A DNA stretch of 61,535 nt, filler included, from Sphacelaria rigidula (Eukaryota), in NCBI GenBank assembly GCA_964200075.2. It is 11 parts of 11 records of this genome, joined end to end, with 100 filler letters (N's around TTAATTAATTAA, not from the genome) between each part and the next. Parts side by side here need not be neighbours in the genome. Positions count along the whole stretch, not along the records: positions 22,416 to 27,918 come from CAXNAA020026794.1; positions 28,019 to 33,521 come from CAXNAA020026795.1; positions 33,622 to 39,124 come from CAXNAA020026796.1; 8 more parts are not named here. The stretch is one strand, 5' to 3'. Shown one piece after another: positions 24,823 through 36,696 of this stretch; position 1 is the stretch's first letter; each line of letters begins with the position of its first letter. Made by a program: the position numbers and the translations under genes. The notes beneath the pieces were generated by a model. It saw nothing but the letters and a program-made list of their open reading frames with translations, had not been told where the DNA came from and did not search any database.

Positions 24823-27800
24823 GAAAATTGAGTACTAAAAGTATGACTCTTCGAAGAAATTGAGTTTTGAGTATACTCTACTCGATCTGCCCTTGCACAG
24901 TTGTTTTCATTTACTCTCTGTATTATACTTGTTTCGAGGCAGCGGCCCCGGAAAAGGTATACGTCGCGTGAGGTTTCGCCAATTTACGGTACTGTGATGA
25001 GCGGCGAGATTGTGTGTAGTTCAAAATGTAGTTTGAAATTGGTCGTTTGCGTGCCACGTGTCATCATCAGCACGGCGGCTCCTCCTCGACCACTAGATGA
25101 TGACCGGCGTGCGGTGGTTGGACAGCACACCACCGCTACTACTACGCGATGTATACGCACGTCGGTAGCCCCTGTTGAGCCTGCTTCTCTGTAACGTGGT
25201 TGAAGGCCTGTTCGTCCCCGTTGGTTGCCATGACAAGGACGCTGAACATGTGTCGTGTGTTTGCGTGTATTTCGTGTGGAGTGGTGGGGCGAGGTAGGCG
25301 AGAAGATGACGGATGCGACGACTACATGGCTTGCGCAATACCACAGAGTTACGTATCGGTTGACGTATTGGTAACTACCTTATTCATTGTTTTTTCCCCC
25401 CGAGCTATCATGTAGTAGCCTCGTCCTAGTTGTTCTCCAGTACAAGTGACTGCGGTGTGCAGCTACTGTAGACCTCAAGAAAGAGGTTGCCGCCTATTTA
25501 TTGATTGATAGATAGATTGATCATTATCGCACATCAACGGATCCCCGATGTTTTGAAAACAAGTTGGAGTCGACGCGGAGACAAAGTTAAAACCGTTCGG
25601 TGTACAGCGTTTTGTTTTCAGCAACCCCTTCGTTTGTGATCGAAATTATTGTATTATTAATATGATTATGATTATGATTATGATTATTAATACTATATCC
25701 GTCACAGTAGCTCGATCTCTCGAACCCGTGGTCACAGAGTGCAAGGAGCATACCACCCATACCCATGAAGCAAACAGCCCGCAGAGGAATAAGTAGAGTC
25801 AATTGCTACGGTTTGTACCACAGTCAAGTCACCGTTTGTGTCTGGACCCCCTTCAGTCGACGGATCTTGGAATGTTTCGTACACTAATGCAGAGCAACAG
25901 GTGTTGGTGTCAGTAGACCTGGAGTCTTGGTCGTATATCCATGGTTGACAACATGACTACTTGATTTTAGGCTCGAGAAAGTTCTGACAAAATTCATGGA
26001 GTGGGACAGGTGAGCAGTGGACCCAGGTCGTCCAGAACGCGCTTTTGTCGAAATCGGCGCCTGCGGGGTTGATTTCAAGTCTGTCAACGCGCACTTTGCC
26101 TAGGGGAACCTATGCATCCCAATTGCCCGAGGGTCTTGTACGCCTTGGGTCGGGGTTAGGGTTTGAGCGTTACTGTCAGTCTGTTCGAAAAAATCAAACA
26201 TATTTGAAAATTCAACTTACTGGTCGACGAGGGAAAGGAACTGCTAAACCCCTCTTGCGATAAAAAATACAGGCAAGCACCGCAAAAGGAAGGTGCCACG
26301 AGGTACGAAAAAAAAAAAAAAGTCTTCTGTGTTGACCTCCCTCTTGTGTGACCCCGGCAGGAGCGCCCGCATGTAACGAAAGGTATAGATCGGCGCCCAA
26401 AATAGATGGGACGACAACAAACACACATAGATGTGTGATCGAAACTCTAGGTCACCTCGTTAGTGTTGCATCGTTGATCGGTGCAGTATTAATAGTCGAT
26501 CAACAGCAAAACACTTTCCTTCTTGCTTCTCCACCACTGAGCTGCTTGCAACCGAGCTGGTTGTCCAAGCCACGATTCGCCGTGCGCCGAGCCCACAAAT
26601 GACATATTGCCCCTAACAGACGGGATATGCCATCACCCCTTCACCACGAGACCATAATTTAAGGTCTGTCTCGTTTCACTACTACTTCAGCATCCACCTA
26701 CACCATATCCTCCAGACGGTGTGTGAGAAATTATTTTTGTGCGCCGCCGTGCCCTTCTATGGTATGCCAACAAGGCAGCGACTACCCCTTTATGCTGACG
26801 ACCACTCGTACCGTCCGGGTTGAAATAATCGGCGGTGAACATGGAAAGGGTATAGCAGTGGCCAGAACAGAAGTTACACAAACGGGATGGCCGAGTCGGC
26901 CAATTATGGACAAAAAAGAGTCATGCATGCCATGGTTGGGTTGCACAAATTATTTCTCAGATTTCAATTGTTGGGGGCGCTTGATCCCATACAAAAAATG
27001 ACTGATGGAATACGTGAGAGCACGCCACGACTACCATTCTAATGAGCTCAGTATTTCTCGAAAGAGCTTTTAGAACAGGAATGTCCTGACCCGAATTCTC
27101 ATGATTCTCCTGGAAATTAGTAGCCTCTTAACGAGAAACATCTGGGCCCAAATATGCAACCCCTACCGGGACATGATACGTCGCGCCACAGCTATCCCTG
27201 GAGCCTGCACTACTGGGCCACTTTCCGTAACATGCCAGCTTTGCCACCACCTGGCGTTACAACCAAGCTTTGCCGAAATACCCGCAACTTTGCAGCTCCG
27301 CTAAGCATCATCCCAATCAGTCCTTCCGTTTCGGTTTACAGTGCACGTGAAGAGGGGAGGCAGCAGTGCGGCTTTCGGCAAAAAACAGCGTAAATCACGC
27401 AACATTCAAAATTCTACATCATGTTAGCTCATCAAGGAAAACCTCGCTCGCCGCTGCATGTACCCTAGAAATCGCGAAAGGTCACAAGATTTGTACCTTT
27501 TCCTTGTCACATGTATTTGTTTTCTTCACCTGTCATGCCTTCAATACCTCGCCTCTCTCCGGACGAGTCCGTAAAGTAAACGTTTCAACCCGTTCGTCTC
27601 TCTCCCGGTACGTACCTGATATGGTGATATAGTGATACTGTCTGTACGTGAACCAGATTCTCGTCATGAAAATAAAGTCATCTGCAAGGGTTCGAATTCT
27701 CAACCTCCAGACCTAATTGACTATTCGAGTGTACAAGTAAGAACATCGGAGCGCTACCGAATGCATTCTTTTTTTTTCCCCAATTTTGTTTCGCCCAGTC

Positions 27801-29149
27801 TTTCATTTTTCCGTTTCACGTTTTGGGTGTTCGAGGGGGGGGGGGGGGGGGGGGGGGGGTGAACGTTAGCCCAAGCCCGCTGCAGATGCATGTACAAACA
27901 CGAGAGATTACGCGACGGNNNNNNNNNNNNNNNNNNNNNNNNNNNNNNNNNNNNNNNNNNNNTTAATTAATTAANNNNNNNNNNNNNNNNNNNNNNNNNN
28001 NNNNNNNNNNNNNNNNNNTTGCATCGCTGGCACCTTTACACCTAGCCCACACCCGCTCCCCCCCCCCCCCCCCCCCCCCCCTCAAAAATTCGAATTTTCG
28101 ATCTTGGGGCCTTCGTGTCCTTAAGTTTTTTTTCGCTGCCCCTTGGGGGGAAATTTTCCCGTCGCAACATAGGAAGCGGAGTGAGAGAACAATATAATAA
28201 TACGTGGGACCTTGGAGACGTGCCAGGTATCCTCATGTGTGAACGTTGCCTGGATCTCGTCGTCAAGTATCAATATGCCAGGTGTGTACCGGGGTAGAGA
28301 TGGTCGGCCTCCTTGAGAGCATCGACTCGTCCTGAGGAAGGGTGTGGGCTGAAAGCGTGCCTGAAGGGGGAAAACAAAATCAAAAGTGCGTATTCCAGCA
28401 AAGTGTGCTCGTCCGGGCCGGCGACTTGAGGTGGGCACTGTAAAAAAACGGTTATAACCGGTCCTTGGAAACCCCAACAGGCGTTTACCGGTTGCGGTTG
28501 TGGGTTACAAAAAACGGAGGATTTTATCCCGGTTGAAGCGGCTCACCGGAAAATCGGTTGAACCGGGAAAAGGAGGCGTTATTATGGCGATGAAACCGGT
28601 TTTTCTGGTGAACCGCTGTAACCGGTTCAATTGCGAAGTTTGAAGTTGAGGAATGGCATGACCCCTGCTCCCCCCTAGTATTGTTAGGTATTGGGTCGCA
28701 AAGGGCGGGCGGGGTGTGGACTGCATACCGTGCTAGGCGCCTGAACTGCTCAGGGTTGTTTGGGGGATTTTCTCGAAAGTGCCGGCGTTGGTAGATTTTG
28801 GTCAAATGAACAGATCGTCCTCAAAACACAGTACAGTGCCCAAGTTAGTGTTAGTTGGTGTCATCTGGCGATAGGAGTAGATACCCCGTTCATCAGAAAG
28901 CTTTTGTTGGCCGTGAAATACAGTTTTTCGGCTCAAGTGCAATAAGTAGGTAGAATTTCAAAAGAACAAGCCAGCACATTTCTTCACATATACGATCGGG
29001 ACAGGCTTGATCAACCGAAAATACCGAAGAGTTTGAATCTGGGCTGAAAAGTGGCAGGACCTCCGATGACCGGTAAGCCCATAAGTCGCTCGATAAAGAG
29101 GAGTGCTGCTGCGATAGGGTCTGCACTTTTGGGGCCAAAACCGGCCTGA

Positions 29150-29500
29150 TTCAGGGGTTCCAAAAATTAAGAACTACACAAGAATATGGCTCAGGATATC
29201 CCCGTTTGCAAATTGATTCGTAGATATCCCTAGCAAATTGGACTAATGCCGAGATAGCCCCCCCACGAAAAGTGCACCGGAGACCGTCCTGCAAACCGGC
29301 TGCGATCCCACTATTGGGCTCGTTTGCAGGAATTCCACCCACATGAGAGGCGTGTAGAGTCTAAAATCAGCTATAACGCCCAAATGAGTCGCGTCGTGCA
29401 GCACAATACCAGCTCTGACGGCATTAATGATCATCCCCTCCGTGCACGTTTTTGGCCGGTTCGGGGGGGGGGCTATCTCGACAGCAGCCATTGGAAGAAA
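29150..29500 (+). repeat. Dispersed repeat with an internal inverted repeat; second copy at about 58790-59070
   Basis: gccgagatagccccccc...gtgcaccggagaccgtcc...ctataacgcccaaatga.tcgcgtcgtgcagcac...gctatctcg is shared by both copies. Confidence 0.85.
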
Positions 29501-29949
29501 AACCCTGGCGTACTCTCACCTATTTCGAAAGTCGTGTTTTGGATGAGATGAAGGGTTCCTAACAATTCTACTCTCAGGCCGTAAAAATGCTGATCCTAGC
29601 ATCACCCAGAGAGTTTCGGAAAACATTTTTTTGAGCAAAACAATCGGGGATAATTTGCGTCAGTTTTGAACGGCAGCTGTTCAAGACATGACCAACAACA
29701 CCATTTTCTATCACGCATTAGAGTAGTCGTCACCAGACACTGTGCTGCGAGTTCGATAGGTGTTGAACGGGTACGGAGGTGTGAGATTGAACCTTGCCGT
29801 CACCGGCTATGGGTGTATTTGAGCGTATCCATCACCCACCACACACACACGAAACACACGACACACGACACACGACACACGACAACAACGCCTAGTTCAC
29901 CTGCGCTTCAATGATTTGGAGGCGTTTTCCCTCGCTCATCAGCACCATC

Positions 29950-30290
29950 GGGGTCGCCCCGGTGGCTCAGTTGGTAACTTCTAAACCTTTTGCAGGTTGG
30001 GTAATGGGTTCAATTCCCGGAGCGATCCGGGATATTTTTTCACACCATGCCCAACGGCGGGGAACGACCATGTCGTGGGTACAAAGTTCGACCTATCGGT
30101 CGACGAGGGAAAGGGATTGCCTAACCTCTTTCGCGATGAAAAATAAAGGCAAGCACCGCAGAAGGAAGGTGGGGTACTAAAAACGAGTAAAAGAGAAAAA
30201 CCTCCTGTGTGACCCCGCCTGGTGCGCCCACATATGCCGAAAGGTGAAGACTGGCGCCCAGAATAGATGGGACGACAACACAACACACAC
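29950..30290 (+). mobile_element. tRNA-derived SINE, family B, apparently full length
   Basis: A-box tggctcagttgg (29963), B-box ggttcaattcc (30007) and 3' tail agaatagatgggacgacaacacaacacacac. Other copies lie at 31831-32168, 26210-26430, 47560-47690 and 11030-11108(-). Confidence 0.85.
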
Positions 30291-30472
30291 CAGGTTAAAT
30301 CGGTTTTCCGGTGAACCGGTTAAACCTGCTGAGAAAAAAACGGTTAAACCGGATTTTTGTGTTTGATAATAACGCCTCTTATCTGGTCACCGGTTTCTTG
30401 TTTTTGGTATCCGGTGCTCACCTCTACCGGCGACCCTCCGCACTATGCCAAGACACTCCGCTGTGAATATTG

Positions 30473-30634
30473 CACACCTCGGACAATATATGGTCAATAG
30501 TTGCAATAGACAAGAACGTACTGCACAAAGTGCCTATTGCGACTACTGTCGGCCGGCAATAGTTGCAGTAGGCCTAAATTTTATGCAGTACACGTCTCGT
30601 CTATTGCATCTTTGACCATATATTGTCCAGGGTG
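30473..30634. mobile_element. Short MITE family with CACCCTGGACAA termini
   Basis: cacacctcggacaatatatggtcaa...ttgaccatatattgtccagggtgtg. Related copies lie at about 33135-33267, 33380, 39021, 42052-42190 and 48645-48853. Confidence 0.75.
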
Positions 30635-31515
30635 TGGAATATTGTATTGATGTCGTGAATACCCACCCACTACGGTGAGTCGCGAAAAAACTCCACTCAA
30701 ATACATCACTGTTGTTATCCTGGACAGCACCCGGTCGTGTCAGAAGTGAGCTGGACATGAGCAACTGATCGTCACAACACTACTGTTGTAGCTCGCGTAC
30801 GACAGTAGTAACAGCGCAATCGTCCCATGTCCTTTGTTCACCATCACTGGTGTACAATGATGAAGTGTACACACCGGAGCTCCGGGAGGCTCCTCACAAG
30901 GTCTCTTGTGCCACTTCACCTTGCGCCCAATCGATCGAGTGTTTAATACAACCGGGAAAAATGATCAAAACTTGAAAAAGTGCACCCGCAGGATAATCAA
31001 CCTCGCCAAAAGCACACCCATGGTAGTGGATGAGGCCCCGCATCTTTGCGACAACAAAAGAAGGCAACCGATAAGACCGACTTTACTACAGCCACCAAAA
31101 CGAATAGGAATGCGCGAGGCGCGTTTACTCTACCTACTACAGTACAGTACAGACAGAAAATGGGTCAGGGTAAACAATGCAGCTGACCGAATCTTAGTAC
31201 GAATTGAAGTACTGTACGATCGTTCGCCCAGAAGGCGTGCTGCACATGCCCCCCATGAAATAATTCCCTGCCCTTTGACACCGTGCAAAGATCTCGGGGC
31301 AGTGAAATAGTACACTACTTAAAAAACGATTTTTGTTTTGTCGATAGATATCCAGCAAAATTTTGGCAGTTGACGTTTTCATCCCGCGAAAAAATGCACG
31401 TGAAGAAGCGTGTCGTTACACCGTACATCCATGAACCCTCTTGCTCCCGGCGATGATTCACCCTCGCCACCCCCCTCCATGGGATGATTCCTTCCTCCCA
31501 AGAGGGTTACCATGG

Positions 31516-32850
31516 TTAGGGAGCGCTGGTGGCGAGCTCTGACAGCACGGAGAAGTAAGTGGGGAACGTCTTTGCCGTGCATTCTGGGTCGTTGATTGTC
31601 ACCGGTACGCCGGCGCAGGCCGCCAAAGAGAAGCACATAGCCTATCAGCGGAGACGGGGTAATAGCGGAGGTGGTGTGGGTGACGAAGGTGAGAGCCGAG
31701 CGCGAGAACGACGATGTAAGACATTTAGCGCGGGGGGGAGGGCACCGATGGAGACCGAAAGCGCAACCTTTGCGGGCATAACTTTGCCACCGACTTGCGC
31801 ATTGTGTAATTTCTTCTCGCATGCATATTTGCCCCTTCGGCACAGTTGGTATAACCTCGAAAACTTTTGACGGTTGGGTCGTGGGTTCAAATCCCGGAGA
31901 AATCTGGGATTTTTCCCCACACCATGCCCAACAGTGGAAAGCGACGATGTCGTGGGTACACAAAGTTCGACCTATCCGTCGACGAGGGGAAGAGACTGCT
32001 AAGCCCATAATAATGAAAGGCAAGCACCGCAGGAGGAAGGTGGGTTACTAAAAACAAGACAAAAAAACTCCTGTGTTGACCTTCCTCTTGTGTGACCCCG
32101 GCCGGTGTGCCCACATATGCCGAAAGGTGTAGACCGGCGTCCAGAATAGATGGGACAACACACACACATATGCATGCTCTGTCACGAATTTTACTTTACG
32201 AAAAGTTTTCGTTTCCAATGGCGCATGCCGCGGTGTGCGTAGTACGTCCAGCCATGATGCAGCCGCAGAAGCAACACAAGGGTTACACACTGACTGAAAT
32301 AACCGATATGCAGGGGGGGGGGAGCGTACTCAGTTGTTGCTTGCCTTAGTCGTTTGATCATTGATATGCAGGGGGGGAAACAAAAAAGATTAAACAAACG
32401 GGGGAGGATGGAAAAAAAAAAATGTGAAATGAAGAAGACACGGCTTTTCTTACCACCACCTAGTTAGCGTGATTCATGCGGCGGGATATTCAGCACCAGT
32501 GCTGGGATTCAACGTCCATGATTGATTTTGATTTTGACTGATTGATTGATTGATTGTCGCATTTTAACTGACCCCCAAGCGATCCAGCCGTGGTCACATG
32601 AAAGACGTACCCAAGACACAACAACACTGAAACACTCGAGACTGAAAAAAGACGGAACCACAACCATCGCTATGTGGGCTCCACCGCGTTAGGTGCAGAA
32701 CAACCACGCGGTGGTGTACTGACCATTCGGTGATCGTCGTACGTGTCGATAGCCACCCCCGATTTTACGGTCTTGGGAGGATGTACGATGCAGTAGTCAC
32801 GCCCTTCCTCCACCTCTGCTCCCAGCTTGCCTAGCTCTGTCACGATAGCC
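31516..32850 (-). CDS. aroA: EPSP synthase (3-phosphoshikimate 1-carboxyvinyltransferase), last two exons 32850-32724 and 31641-31516; 5' partial
   Basis: Spliced peptide [83 protein letters not shown] contains the hallmark [16 protein letters not shown] and KTFP.YF motifs. Canonical ATG|GTCAGT...TAG|GCT intron; TAA stop at 31516-31518. Confidence 0.96.
31831..32168 (+). mobile_element. SINE family B copy in the last EPSPS intron, antisense to the gene
   Basis: Colinear with 29950-30290, including the B-box ggttcaaatcc and the gatgggacaacacacacac tail. Confidence 0.85.
32305..32377 (-). mobile_element. About 40-bp 5'-truncated LINE insertion with a 15-bp TSD (GATATGCAGGGGGGG)
   Basis: The TSD at 32305-32319 and 32363-32377 encloses the reverse complement of the LINE 3' terminus seen at 21407-21445. 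Confidence 0.85.
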
Positions 32851-32964
32851 CTGTTGCAAACCCAACAAAACATGATGCGTTATACATAATATATATTTTT
32901 GTGACACTGTCAGCCCTTCCCATTCCTCGGGACTAGTCCGTGGTCTCAAGGGATCAACTCACCT

Positions 32965-33027
32965 CCCCCTCGGTGGTCAATGGTCAAACGACTGAGGCAA
33001 GCAACGAATGAGTACGCCCCCCTCGGT
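32965..33027 (+). mobile_element. About 43-bp 5'-truncated LINE insertion with a 10-bp TSD (CCCCCTCGGT), inside a SINE-A copy
   Basis: ccccctcggt at 32965-32974 and 33018-33027 flanks ggtcaatggtcaaacgactgaggcaagcaacgaatgagtacgc. Confidence 0.85.
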
Positions 33028-34159
33028 ATATATCTTGCATTTTGGTGGAGCAGATTGGATGATGACCACTCCCGCACCGCTGTGACTCATGTTTTGAAAA
33101 AAGAAAAAATGCTGCTCACATCCTGACATTTTCACACACTAGACAAGAGATTATATTGTGAAAAATGTACTGCGTACAGTATGGAATCTATCGTCTGTTG
33201 CAATAGGCGCAATAGTCGATACTGTACGCAGTACACTTTTTGACTGTGTATTCTGTCGTCCAGGGTATGGACATTTTTCAACGACGGAAAATCGTATACA
33301 CCTGAGGAAGAAAATGTTTGAATTCGTGTCTGCTGGGCATCGAGCCCCCTACTCCGCCTTGACCGGTTCTAATGTGTACACACCTTGAACAATATATATA
33401 ACATGGTCAACAGCTGCAATAGACAAAAAAATGTACTGCGTGAAGTGTAGGGAGGGGGGACGTACTCATATGTTGCTTGCCTTAGTCGTTTGACCATTGA
33501 CCACGCATCCCTTTCGAGACANNNNNNNNNNNNNNNNNNNNNNNNNNNNNNNNNNNNNNNNNNNNTTAATTAATTAANNNNNNNNNNNNNNNNNNNNNNN
33601 NNNNNNNNNNNNNNNNNNNNNGTTTGTGCTGCAGTACAGTGAAACAAGACATGTTTCATGTTTTAGTTCTTCGGCTGATTTTAAACGGGTCCCTCAGTCT
33701 GTGCAGGGTGCCGATCTTGAACGCTCGGGCATGATCGCGCTTCGCGCAAATAATTTAATTTACTACAAAAGTATCCCCATGTATGGGTGCTGTGCCAAAA
33801 AAATGGCATTTTTCTCTACACTTGACTGTTTTTTACCGTTCTTGGACAAAAATTCTAGTTTAGCTGAAATGAAAACTACGTCCACCGGAAAACGGGAAGA
33901 TGTCCTGGAACTGCCTCAACTATTAGAGCAAGTCATTCCAAGGTGTCAAACTCCGTCTAGCTCTCTTTTGGGGCGTAAAACGACGTGAAAGCTCCAAAAA
34001 GGCACTTTTCCATATTTTTATCTTTGTTATAAGGAGCGGCCTGAAGTACTGAGTACTGTACAAAGTATTTTATAGAGCGATTTTTTCAGAGTGATGAGAC
34101 CAACTGTAGTAGGAGCCGTTCAAAATTTATGTTCAAAGCTGCCCGTTGTCCCTTCTTCG

Positions 34160-34505
34160 TCGTTTCACGCCTGAAAAGAGGGGTAGGTGGATGTTGACGC
34201 CTTGGAACGACTGCTCTACGCAATGAGACCGTTCCAAGGCAACTTTGCATTTCCTGCTAGCCGCACTTTTTTTTTTTGCCAAACACGGATTTTCAATGAA
34301 AAACGGCCAAGCGATAAAAAAACAGGGGGAAATTTTAAATTTTGATCACCTGGCCGGAAAATCTGTATTTGGCCTGATTTGGCCAAAAACAACAGTGCGG
34401 CCAGCGGCAGGTGCAAAGTTGCCCTAGAACGGTCTCCACGAGTAGAGCAAGTCGTTCCAAAGCGTCAACACCCGCCTAGCCCTCTCTTCGGGCGTAAATC
34501 GACGG
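34160..34505. repeat. Fold-back repeat family; second copy at about 37305-37655, extra arm at about 33880-33985
   Basis: gttgacgccttggaa...ggcaactttgca pairs with tgcaaagttgcc...ttccaaagcgtcaac, and the 37305-37655 copy has the same structure. Confidence 0.8.
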
Positions 34506-34627
34506 AGAACTACCCTAAAGACAGTTTTCGACAGGAATTTCGAAAGGCTCCCATCAAAGTTGGCCTGAGGGCGTGTCTCATTACTTTTTTGTTCGATCGA
34601 AAAAATGGGGCGGTGGAATCGATTTAA

Positions 34628-34724
34628 CCTTAGACCGCGAGATTTGTCTTTCTGGATCATGCACACTTTTTTTCACTTGAAATTGATGCCGATTCAACAG
34701 AAGACTAACCTCGCGGTCTAAGGG
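34628..34724. mobile_element. About 97-bp piggyBac-like MITE
   Basis: ttaa|ccttagaccgcgag...ctcgcggtctaaggg|ttga. Another copy starts ttaa|cccttagaccgcgagg at about 22425. TTAA flanks with CC[CT] termini are the piggyBac signature. Confidence 0.65.
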
Positions 34725-36101
34725 TTGAGCGAAATTTTCTCGTTCTGATGCAGTTGGGTCCAGGTAGATTTTCAAGCTTTGGATCGAGAAAAAATAACGA
34801 AATTCGTGAAACGGTTTGTGGTCACTCGTGTACAGCAGACAGTCTGTACTGTCTGCCCTGCTTGCAAGCAGTGTCTTGAGTGCGTGTGCGTGTTTCCTGC
34901 AGGAGGATAATAAAGAGAAGCGGGCAACGTGCAGTGCAGACAGTCCAAGACTATCAGTTCTCTCTGCTTACAATGCGACGTGCAGCTTTGTACTGCCCGC
35001 ACTGTCCATGAGCGTGCACGCAACTCGGTTGCCCGCCGTACCACGCAGTTCCGTCGCTGATCCCTACGATGAGAGAAGATGCGCAAGTTTTCGCTAACAA
35101 AAAATAAACAAAGCACACCCGACTACTGCAGTGTATCTATCCCTGGTCTCAACTCGTGCTCTATGCTGCAGGGTTGCGGTGGTAGCTCAAAATGAGTTGG
35201 ATGGAGTTTGCATGGTCCGGTGAACAAGTGTTATCTGGCGTGGTGGTCTGTAAGATAGGAGTCAAGTGCCGCTTCATGCCTTTCGACCGCATGTTTTCGA
35301 TCGAAAACGATTGTCCTTTACCTAGACCTATTCTCCTCCGCGCGCCGCTAATTATACTTTTGAGTTGAAGCCTTCAAGGAACACGAATGCGGTGGACCCA
35401 TCAGATTAGCAAGAAAAAAATCGACCGCACTTTTTCGATCCAAAAAAAAGTGTTGAGACACGCCCTGAAAGTGCCGTTTTCACCTCTCCACTCTGAAAAC
35501 CGTGGTGCCTCTTCATGGTTCGTGGCGGAACGGAGGAGAACGCCCACCTTCACCACCATGATCACCGCCAGTTCAAAATCAATAGAACCTAACGAGGAAA
35601 GTGGGACACCAACTGTCATGCTCATCACAATGGACCATTTTACGAAGTAGAAACGCTTTGCATCGCTATCAGAAGACCCCCCTGACGATGCCACGGTATC
35701 AGTATTCGCTTCGTTGCGCTGAGTGAAATTTCAAATGCTCGGCGGATACACGCCACTGCCGTGGGTGCGGTTCCTCATTTTGCCGGCTTCAGCTGTAAGA
35801 AGACGGTGTAAACGATTCGTGGTCTACAGCGCACACACAGTACTGCACCTGATTACATTTCCATTCCGTTAGAGGTCATGACTTCTTGCACCACCGCTAC
35901 GGGTGCCGTGTTGGGAAATTATCACGATGCGGCCTTGTCTGTTTTTTTTAAGTGCTGCATACTGTTGTACAGTAGTACAGTACTACTGTACAACTGACTG
36001 TACGGTATCGCTGTAGGTCACCGTACCAAGATTTACTGTTGTAGGGTTCTGCGTTGCCCTCTCTGTACTGCACTGGTTGTACTCTACACTGCACAGCACT
36101 A

Positions 36102-36696
36102 CGAGCTGGGCCAGCTTAAAGACTCTAAAACTTGCTCACACCACAGCTTTCCTAGTTTCCCGAATTCGCCCGATGTAAGCGTATCACTGTGATGTGCAGA
36201 CCAACCTGTTGACACACGGCGCCGCTGCTGGATGAAAGAAGAATGAAGCAAAATGAAAAAAAATGTACTGCATAATACATAACCTCAACGACGGACGAAA
36301 AAAAAAGAGAACCTGTCGGGATTCGAACTCACGACCTCCATAATTGGAGTCTCCCATCACTCGAATATATAGGGGTCCAGCAGCGTCACGGAAAATGTTG
36401 CACGCACGGCCCAATTCGACGACTCTTGAGCTGAAATTTCAGAAGACCTTCCGCACCCAAGGAAGTGGTACTTCACGTGACCAGTTGCACATTATCCTTT
36501 TTTCCCTGGACTTATGACATTATCTTGTTTTTGCTGAAATTTCAGACCCATCACTTTTTTTTTTCTTTGCCGGTCCCGTGATCTTCCGCATTTCGATCAT
36601 AAAAAGCTTCTTTCAAAATTTCAGCGTCCGACTACTAATATCGCGCCGTGCGTCGCCTAAGCGAGAAAACCACCCATTGTTGGCTGGCTCAGCTCG
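36102..36696. mobile_element. 595-bp TA-flanked MITE (Tc1/mariner-like) containing a tRNA-like segment
   Basis: ta|cgagctgggccagc...gctggctcagctcg|ta (13 of 14 TIR match). The host repeat is uninterrupted at about 20420-20460. Confidence 0.88.

Larger units (their letters stand above)
22899..24895. mobile_element. Non-autonomous hAT-like element (about 2 kb) with TTGAGTA/TACTC subterminal repeats and two nested inserts
   Basis: Left caaggacatgtcgagtagagtat versus right reverse complement caagggcagatcgagtagagtat. The 8-bp flanks gacagttg (22891-22898) and cacagttg (24896-24903) match at 7 of 8. Confidence 0.8.
28426..30426. mobile_element. Non-autonomous hAT-like element with a perfect 8-bp TSD (CCGGCGAC), AACCGG subterminal repeats and nested inserts
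   Basis: ccggcgac at 28418-28425 and 30427-30434; TIRs ttgaggtgggcac and gtgctcacctcta; dense accggtt/aaccgg motifs at 28450-28630 and 30290-30415. Confidence 0.88.

Noticed and set aside
29950..30030. Functional tRNA genes (also near 10150, 31831, 36310, 39860 and 55650)
   Set aside because: A/B boxes are present, but I could not build a clean cloverleaf or anticodon arm, and they sit in repeated element bodies.
31379..32023. 214-aa minus-strand ORF as a gene
   Set aside because: It runs through a SINE and crosses the last EPSPS exon in the wrong frame.
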